Positions 55,596-64,000 of a stretch of 64,000 nucleotides of DNA are shown piece by piece. How positions within the stretch are numbered: the first letter of the stretch is position 1; every line of letters begins with the position of its first letter. The stretch covers positions 6,138,001-6,202,000 of the forward strand of contig OX597835.1 of assembly GCA_951406725.2 (NCBI GenBank), written 5' to 3'. This stretch comes from Octopus vulgaris (lineage: Eukaryota). The position numbers were made by a program, and so were the translations under genes. The notes under the pieces are model-generated. The model searched no databases and was not told the DNA's origin. It saw nothing but the letters and a program-made list of their open reading frames with translations.

Positions 55596-56165
55596 CGTGT
55601 GTGTGTTTGTGTGTCTGTGTTTGTCCCCCTAATATTGCTTGACAACCAATGCTGGTGTGTTTATGTCCCCGTTACTTAGCGGTTCGGCAAAAGAGACCGA
55701 TAGAATAAGTACTGGGCTTACAAAAGAATAAGTCCCGGGGTCGAGTTGCTCGATTAAAGGCGGTGCTCCAGCATGGCCGCAGTCAAATGACTGAAACAAG
55801 TAAAAGAGTAAAAGAGTAAAGAGATGGAGTTGAAACAAGTACACGAGTTCTCATTTCAGAAACGACAAATAATATTAGTGAGAATGCGAAATATGAATCA
55901 CCACGGCTACAAACAGTTTCCAGGAGTATTACAAACTCGTGCGATAAAGATTTTGGCGCTCCACCGTTGCCTTTTCATCGAACTGGATTTCAAGTGCCTG
56001 ATTTGTTTAAATACTTGGAAGGCGGGGATTTGTTCCAGCAGTGCGGCACAAGCTGTAATGATGAAAAGAGGATTTTAATTTTTGCCTCTAACGAAGGTCT
56101 TCAACAACTGGAAAACACCTAATTTTTTAGGAATGCATGGCACATTTAAATCATCACCAAGTGCA
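54941..56165 (+). mobile_element. MULE (Mutator-like) transposon remnant: FLYWCH finger and start of the DDE domain, split by a SINE
   Basis: GG-starting end with GGAAAAT..GGTCCC subterminal repeats. From ATG 55098: KLIDELNYVYDFH...TWRCEIRNTCCVRVHT...HDHE (FLYWCH). After the SINE: ...RILIFASNEGLQQLENT*FLGMHGTFKSSP (decayed DGTF motif). Confidence 0.85.
55364..55822 (+). mobile_element. Young-looking family B SINE inserted in the MULE transposase
   Basis: Intact head, long internal (TA)n, (TAAAAGAG)n tail. Confidence 0.92.
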
Positions 56166-56199
56166 ATAGTTTCGAAGGCTTCTTGCAGAAACCTAGTTT

Positions 56200-56261
56200 G
56201 TCCCGAGCCTGATGAGATAGGTTTCAATAAGAAAGCTACGAAACTTTAAATCGCATGGGGC
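56200..56261 (+). ncRNA. Slightly decayed type I hammerhead ribozyme motif
   Basis: GUCCCGAGC-CUGAUGA-G(A)UAGGUUUC-AAUAA-GAAAGCUAC-GAAA-CUUUAA-AUC|GCAUGGGGC. Stem I pairs at 8 of 9 positions; stem III is one base short of the palindrome ACUUUAAAGU. Confidence 0.5.
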
Positions 56262-56417
56262 CGAATCAAACTGCTTGAAAGGATATAAGTAACTCCTACT
56301 GAATGTGTTGAGTGTCTTTCTTTCGTTTATACACTCACTCGTGTGTGTGTGTATGTATGTGTGTGTGTGTTTGTGTGTGTATGTGTGTGTGTCACAAGAT
56401 CTATTTACAGTATTTTT

Positions 56418-56624
56418 TTACTCTTTTACTTGTTTCAGTTATTTGACTGCAGCCATGCTGGAGCATCGCCTTTAGTTGAGCAAATCGACCCCAAACTTTA
56501 TTCTTTGTAAGCCTAGTACTTATTCTATCGGTCTCTTTTGCCGCTAGGTTACGAGGACGTAAACACACCAGCATCGATTGTTAAGTGATGCTGGGGTGAC
56601 AAACACAGACACACAAACATATAT

Positions 56625-56689
<65 letters not shown>

Positions 56690-56852
56690 CGACGGGCTTC
56701 TTTCAGTTTCCGTCTACCAAATCCACTCACAAGGCTTTGGTCGGCCCGAGGATATAGTACAAGACACTTGCACAAGGTGCCACGCAGTGGGACTGAACCC
56801 GGAACCATGTGGTTGATAAGCAAGCTACATACCACACAGTCACTCCTACGCA
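56418..56852 (-). mobile_element. Family B SINE, inverted relative to 55364-55822
   Basis: Reverse complement of the family B sequence. Confidence 0.9.
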
Positions 56853-57928
56853 AACATTTTTTATTTTTATTTTTATTTTTTTTATTGATGTCGTGAAAAC
56901 TCGCAAATATTTTCGAGTTTAATGCGACCCAGATTCTTAAAGGCAATAGATACGTCGACAAGTTTACTTGTTTACTTGGCATGTGATGAAGAATATATGC
57001 TATCTTACATCTTTATCAAATGGCGTGGTAACTTTGGAATTGGCAATCCCATGTGGCTACATACTCTCTCGTCAGTTTATTTTTAAAGTAAATTCGTCAG
57101 AAATATTATTTTCTGTTTTCTCATTTCGCAAGCATGTCTCTTGGTGTTCCAGATATCAAATTAGACATTTTGTTTTTATCTCAACAACTAATCACTCTTT
57201 AGCTTTCATCTCTTAAATCTCTTCGGACGAAATTATAATCAACTAGACAAGTCTAATCTAATAAGACAAATTTATTTATTCATTTAGTGTTGTGTCAATC
57301 ACCCTGAATCTGATGGGTCAGATGCCATGGTGATGGCGTCATCTTTGTATGTTACCACAGACTTCCTACATCCCAGGTAAAGTGGGATACCCTCTCACTG
57401 GGATACATTTTCAGCACTTCCTGCAGCAGTGTTTCAAGAGGTAAAATTGCTCACAATGGCGTTTGGAGAGACTATTTGAACGACCGAACATGGGATAACA
57501 AGCTGTAACCAATTTAACTCGAAGACCGAGCAGATGTAGTTGCACAATGCATCCCCTATCCAGTCCCAGACCATTATACCGAAATAAAAATCACAATCAT
57601 CTGGGGCATGCCAGACCCGACTGAAAGGAAGGCCATAGCAACTGGCCAGACATAAGTAACGAAAATATGTACGTTGAGAGACATCTCAATCCATTTTAAC
57701 CGAAACATCAATCAGAAACGAAGCCGAAAAATTGTCCAAGCGTGGAATGGGAGGAAACAGGATGCGGTGTATGGAAGTGAAATCCGTACCAAGAATAACT
57801 GGATCGAAGAGTATGATAAAGAAGAATATGAATAAAAACATTCAAAACCGTGCCAAGGCATTCAAAACTAATTCTTGCTCTAAGAGAACAAGTTCTCGTT
57901 GCATTTCTCAAACCATAACTACTACTAC

Positions 57929-57997
<69 letters not shown>

Positions 57998-58480
57998 CGG
58001 CGGTGATAATGAAGATGATAGTTGTAGTGGTGCCGATAAGGATGTTGTTGTTAGTGGTGGGAGGTGATGGTGGTAGTGGTGGTGGTGGTGGTGGTGGTGG
58101 TGGTGGGAGATGATGGTGGCAGTGGTGGAAGGTGAAGCTGTTGGTGGTGGGAGGTGATGGTGGCAGTGGTGGGAGGTGATACTGGTGGTGGTGGTGGTGG
58201 TGGTGGTGGTGGTGGGAGATGATGGTGGCAGTGGTGGGAGGTGAAGCTGGTGGTGGTGGGAGGTGATGGTGGCAGTGGTGGGAGGTGATACTGGTGGTGG
58301 TGGGAGGTGATGGTGGTCGTGGCAGTGGTAGTGGTGGTGGTGATGGTGGGAGGTAATGGTGATAGTGATGGTGGTGGTGGTGGTGGTGGTGGTGGTGGTG
58401 GTGGTGGTAGTTGCTGCCGTTGCAGTGAGAGTGGTAGTGATCTTGATGATGGTGAGGAGGAGGAGGAGGAAGCGGAGGAG
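57929..58480. repeat. (GAT)n then GGT-based compound minisatellite with a duplicated higher-order unit
   Basis: GGTGGGAGATGATGGTGGCAGTGGTGG.AGGTGAAGCTG...GATACTGGTGGTGG occurs at about 58102 and 58211. Confidence 0.9.
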
Positions 58481-59829
58481 GGTATGGAGATTTATGATAA
58501 TGCTAACAGTCGGTAATTGTTGACTAAAATATGAAAGTATGAAAATAGAATGCCGATGAGTTAATTAAGAAGTATTATACGACCAAATTAGTTACTTTTC
58601 TTCGTGGAACCCCTGAAGCCCTTTAAAGCCATTGTCGTTAAGTCACTGCTTCTGGAATATTAAATGAGATAAAGAAAGAATCTTCTATCCTCCATCCACC
58701 GCCCACCTGCCTACCGTGACCATCCCCGAGGTAAGTTGCTCGTAAGTTACTTCTCTACATCCCAGAATGCAATTAGATACTTCGTCTTTCAATAGCCCAG
58801 TCTACTCGGCTGTATATCGGTACCACACGATAAATACACTGACAAATTAACAAGATGGGTAATGGAGGTTCAACTCCTCCACTTTATGAGTTGCTGTTGT
58901 TATTTAACCACAGGTCAGCCTTGATCAATTAGATTTACGTTTAAAGGCATTCCAACATGGCCATCGTGTCTTTTTATATTTTTACAAGTATAGCAGTACT
59001 ACATTAGATCTTTTCTGGAGTTCCCTAAAATACAAGCTTAGATCCTGGTCCAGTACTTGGATCGTACTTTACTTTATCCTCATCGAAAAATGAAAGGCGA
59101 AGTTGCTTTCGGTAAAATTTGAACTCCGAACGTAAAGAGCCGGGAAAAAAAAAGAAAGATAATGTATCTGTTCCGACGTTTTGAAGATTCTACCACCGCA
59201 CCACCATCATCGCCCTTTTTAGCGTAAAAGGAAAAAATCAAATTAATTATACAACACTAGAAACCCTCTGCCTTTAAAGAAATTAAAATGAAATGTTTGC
59301 GGCGAAAATATCTTTCATCATAGAGCTACTCGCTCACGGCTGACCTGGGGCTAAACAACAACAACACGAATAATAGACGACGACGGTGATGACAAATATT
59401 CAAAGAGGAAAGAAAGTGGCAATTTTATACGTTTTAATTTTATTCCTTGGAAAATTTCGTGTCCTTTTTCCGAAATAAAAGCGAAAAAAAATGTCTAGTT
59501 TTTTGTCGGTGTTTTTCGTAAAAGTTCCTTGTAGCCAAGATTCTGTATGAGGTGCATGGGAAGGCAGGTAGAGAAGCGGGAAGGGGACCACTACCCCCCA
59601 AAACATTGTCTTTGTTCCCTTGGTTTCGTGCTGTGACGTTATTTCGGGCTTGGAATGCTGTTAGCTTTTGATGTTCTTTGGTTTCAACAAAATTCAAAAT
59701 CCGTTTCAAAATACCTTCAGAACCAACGAACTTCCTGATAATTACTCACTAAATTAAAATTAATTAATTAAATATGATGATCGAGTTTTGTCGTGTTTGG
59801 TGGGTGGCGGGTGTCGTCTAACCACTGGT

Positions 59830-60220
59830 TGTACCACCACCGCTACCACAACATTCACTAGCGGTACCAGTACAATTATCAATATCACAATCACCACCAC
59901 TACCAATACAACCACCACCACACCACTACCATCACATTCACTTGCGCTACCACTACTATCACCGCCACCACCACCACCATCACCACCATCACAGTCATTA
60001 CCACCACTACCATCCCCACCACCATCATCACAATCATCACCACCATCAACACCGAAACCACTATTTCTACTACAACCATCACCACCACCACCACTACAAC
60101 TACCTGTACAATACCACTACTACTATCTCGGCCACTACTACTACCACTACTGTTACACTGTTAAAACTGCCATTTTCATCCTCATCCTTACTATTGCCAT
60201 CATTATAATCATCGTCATCG

Positions 60221-60276
<56 letters not shown>

Positions 60277-60316
60277 GTCATCGTCATCATCATCATCATC
60301 ATCGTCATCGTCATCG

Positions 60317-60348
<32 letters not shown>

Positions 60349-60364
60349 GTCGTCATCGTCATCG

Positions 60365-60411
<47 letters not shown>

Positions 60412-60463
60412 GTCATCGTCATCATCATCATCATCATCGTCATCGTCATCATCATCATCATCG

Positions 60464-60495
<32 letters not shown>

Positions 60496-60529
60496 GTCAT
60501 CGTCATCATCATCATCATCATCGTCATCG

Positions 60530-60561
<32 letters not shown>

Positions 60562-60670
60562 GTCATCATCATCATCATCATCATCGTCATCGTCATCATC
60601 ATCATCGTCATCATCGTCATCGTCATCATCATCATCATCGTCATCATCATCATCATCATCATCACCATTG
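59830..60670. repeat. CAC-rich tract followed by a ~480-bp (ATC/GTC)n trinucleotide array
   Basis: Directly visible. Confidence 0.95.
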
Positions 60671-61245
60671 TCGTCTTCCTCCATTATCGTTAAAAATGTC
60701 GACGTCGTCATCATTGATATACCATCTCCCACTCCTTCTCGACACACTCTAGCAAAGGACACCATTAACCATTTAGCGACCTCCCCTGTTCACGTTCTGA
60801 AGGACTCAATACTGAACACTACGTGTTACTGTTGTTGCTGTTGTGCTTGTAAGCATCGCCCTCGTTGTTATTGTTGTTGTTGTTCTTGTCCTTGTAGTCA
60901 TCGACACGGTTTTTCCACATTTACAAGTAAAATTCATTTAGATTCATTTCGCCGTGCAATTATTTTTACAATTTGAAAAACAAAAAAGGTTAACCCAGCA
61001 GAGTTCATTGAAAGACAGGGGCAAACAAATAATGTTTTATTAGAAACACCAGAACACTTCCAAATGGGTGCAATTGATTGTCCGCATCCTGCTGAGTTAT
61101 ACTTTTTCTTTCCAAATTTTTCAAATTGTAATGGGAATTTATGAACGCTTTGTATATACGCTGTTGATAGTCCAGTTACTGCGGTATTTGTCCTGAGATA
61201 ACATCTCTCCTGATCGTATTTTGTTCCTAACACAATAAATATAAA

Positions 61246-61451
61246 GTATTATAGCCATCTCAATATGGCTGACCACAAAGGGGGGGGGGGATGTTACTGT
61301 ATCTTTTTAGCCCCAGGAGATCATCGACTCCAGCTGATCTCCTGGGGCTAAAAAGCTACAGTAACCTTTGAGGTTAGCCATATTGAGATGGCTAAAATAC
61401 TTTACATTGTCGAGCGATTACTGTTTACATCTCGTTCTGAGATTTAATAAT
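61246..61451 (+). mobile_element. Fold-back insertion 1: ~70-bp inverted arms, 47-bp tail, 14-bp TSD
   Basis: Arms 61242-61323 / 61335-61404; direct repeat ACAATAAATATAAA at 61232-61245 and 61452-61465. Confidence 0.8.
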
Positions 61452-61930
61452 ACAATAAATATAAATTTTTACATACGCCATCTTTTCATGCATTTGTGAT
61501 GTTTCCTGGGATTATTAGATGTCAAAGATCTTTTAACACTCAGGCACCCGCAGCCAGCTGACCCAAGCGACCCAACCAATACATGGAATATAAAGGTTTA
61601 CAGTAAAATCTTGTGCTATCAATGACAAAGGTGTTCACATCAGAATCACATACAGTTTTATTCTCCAGGGCCTTGTTATTTGACTGACACTCCCATTTAC
61701 TCTTACCTTGCAGACATAGGATCTTTAAAACCTTCAGCATATTAAACCAATTACATTTTTCAAATATGAAATAATTTAATGAAATCAGATCCACACTTTC
61801 GTTTGAGATACGAGTACATTTAAATAAATCTCTCATACGAGTATATTCTATCAGGTTTTCAAGTTTCGTGCTAGTATATTTTATTTTTCCATTTTCAACT
61901 TCGTTACCGAGTTAATAATTTTAACTATAA

Positions 61931-62212
61931 GAAATATTGAATTTCTAAATCTCTCGTAGAGACATGTACGGTGGTGGGGCGATAGAATGGTTGTATACTG
62001 TCAATCTAATAAGAACGTGACAGTAGGGGGTACACCACCGCTGTATAGCCCTAGGAAGCATCGAACGCCTCCTGATGGCTTTGACACAAATGTATATAAG
62101 GACACAGGGAAAAATGTCAAAGCCATCAGGAGGCATTCGATGCTTCCTAGGGCTATACAGCGGTAGTGTACCCCCTACTGTCACGTTCTTATTAGATTGA
62201 CAGTATACAACC
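61931..62212 (-). mobile_element. Fold-back insertion 2: 99-bp inverted arms (2 mismatches), 57-bp tail, 14-bp TSD
   Basis: Arms 61988-62086 / 62115-62213; direct repeat AATTTTAACTATAA at 61917-61930 and 62213-62226. Confidence 0.85.
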
Positions 62213-62950
62213 AATTTTAACTATAAAATTCATTTATGCATAAAGCAACAGAGCTCTCACCCTGCGAGCCATTGTTTTCCCAACCATTATAATTTCTCTA
62301 CTCTGTAGAGAAATTATGTAATGCATTTCAGAGATAATAAACAACAGTTGCTGATAACCTTGGAACATTCATTATTATTGGGTTCTATCTTTAACCCAAT
62401 TAATTTAATCATTTTAAACCTAGCTTCAGTTTTTATGTTTCTAATAAAACTCATATTAAACTCTATTAAATTTATGCTCCATTAAACTTTATGTTAGTGT
62501 AGTTAATTTTTCATCAGTAGCTGAGTTTTAGTTCTAATTTAACTGATTATTTAGCTACAAAGACAAGAATTTATTCTAGATTATTCGATAGCATAACTTT
62601 TATTGATTTACGAGAATATTTTATCTTTTACTTGTTGCAGTCATTAGGCTGCGCCATGTTGGAGTAACGCCTTGTAGAATGTTTTGGTCGAATGAATCAT
62701 ACTTATTTTTATTAAGTACTTACTTTTTGTTAAATCTGGTATTTATTCTATCTATATACATGCATATATGAGTACAGGACATCAAAAAAACGTTGAACAC
62801 AATAAGAAGCGAAAACATAAAAACAAACACATAGAAACGAACTTTTTTCAAAACAACGAAAAGAACAGAGTACAAGACATACAACACAAGGAATATTCCC
62901 CCTTCTTCAGTTGTCCCTGTTTCATCTACTCCGCGTTTCGAAGGTAAGTC

Positions 62951-63190
62951 TTTTCCAGCTGGCTACGGACACATGGTCTGTGTCTGTATACTGTGAGAAG
63001 AGAATAACAAACTACTTTTAAATCTCTGAGCGAGAAATAAGTTGTTACAGTACCGTACAGTAAAGTCTATGTTCCAATGCAACGTGGTAGTCCTGCCTAG
63101 GACAATGTTACTACTATTTAGTCCCAGGAAAATATTTTTTTCCAGCCGGCTACCGGCACATGATCTGTGTCTGTATACTGCGAGCAAGGG
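62951..63190. repeat. ~50-bp direct repeat pair related to the fold-back element motif
   Basis: TTTTCCAGC.GGCTAC.G.CACATG.TCTGTGTCTGTATACTG.GAG at 62951 and 63138. Confidence 0.7.
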
Positions 63191-63239
63191 AATCTACTGC
63201 TCCCTTTCTAGCTGTAGCGATACCTGTAGCCAATAAGAA

Positions 63240-63275
<36 letters not shown>

Positions 63276-64000
63276 AATGCAAATTATATTTGTAAAGACG
63301 ATCATACTGAAGATCTACGGAGAACTTGCGTAAGTAAAATTACGTAACTGTAGATAGTGAAACATGTTTATGCTTAATCAGTATTTTTGTTACTTTTCAT
63401 TTGTTTTTCTCGCTTACGTTCTGGTGTTTGCTAAATTTTCTTGAGAACATTTCTTAGTGGTAAGTCCATAGCGTATCTACTTCTAGCATGAGGGTTGTCC
63501 ACATAGTGGTCATCCCTCTCATATGTATGCGCTTATATATTTATTTATTTCTATTTCAAACCTTAGTCGAAAATTTCTGCTACTCTCAGTTCTAATTCTA
63601 ATTACTAACCTGTATTTTGTTTTGTTTTTTATTCCTTTATTAACTTAGACCATATTTTTCCTATCGCGTCATATTTCTTATCTCATTATATATTTTCACA
63701 CACTTCGAATTTCACTTTATATTTCATGTGAATATTTCATTTTAAAATTCAATTCTTCCAAGATATATCTAATTGTTCCCAATAACAAAAGCTAATTGAC
63801 AGACAAATTATCAATTTGACACAATCTTGTAAGGACCAATGTTATTTTATGCACGGTTTGCTAGTTCTTCAGCTCCTCCTACGCATTAACCATGCGAATG
63901 CGACAAGCTGTAAGTCTACCAACCAAAACACAAATTCTTATCTATTCACCGATACATTAACTATAATTTTAAACTATGTTATCAAATTTATTTTAGGCCA

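Noticed and set aside
57250-57910. Possible RTE-type LINE remnant (AVYGSEIRT resembling LLYGSETW)
   Set aside because: A single short motif with many stops; not enough to call.
58040-58515. Gly/Glu-rich ORFs and G-quadruplex potential
   Set aside because: Explained by GGT/GAG simple repeats; no independent evidence of function.
59788-60765. 301-aa poly-Ile, 221-aa poly-Asp and 171-aa poly-Met ORFs
   Set aside because: All are frames of one (ATC/GTC)n microsatellite; no complex coding flanks or splice support.
61540-61836. 98-aa complex ORF between the two fold-back elements
   Set aside because: No recognisable domain or splice signals, and it lies outside both TSD pairs, so it is not part of either element; length is compatible with chance.

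Overview
This is AT-rich, repeat-saturated eukaryotic DNA, most likely from an octopus or other coleoid cephalopod (inferred from the SINE types and the very dense (TA)n/(TACA)n/(TAGA)n microsatellites; no database was searched). Almost all ORFs in the supplied track are microsatellite artefacts. Supported content: one intact tRNA-Ala(TGC) gene (46916-46987, -); one uninterrupted non-repetitive ORF of unknown family (10868-11713, +) whose frame continues 68 codons past its TAG; decayed DNA transposons (Tc1, two mariners, a further Tc1/mariner-type fragment, a FLYWCH-MULE, a non-autonomous Helitron); and dozens of SINE copies of at least four families (my labels A-D), several with target-site duplications (TSDs), nesting or swapped tails. 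The most interesting signals are: (i) small fold-back insertions built as long hairpin + ~50-bp tail + 14-bp TSD with a shared internal motif (61246-61451, 61931-62212, probably 657-848); (ii) several type I hammerhead-ribozyme-like motifs with palindromic stem III, one with an intact core (4092-4189, -); (iii) the orphan ORF with a possibly recodable UAG, inside a microsatellite-poor island of decayed reading frames. No conventional multi-exon host gene was recognised.
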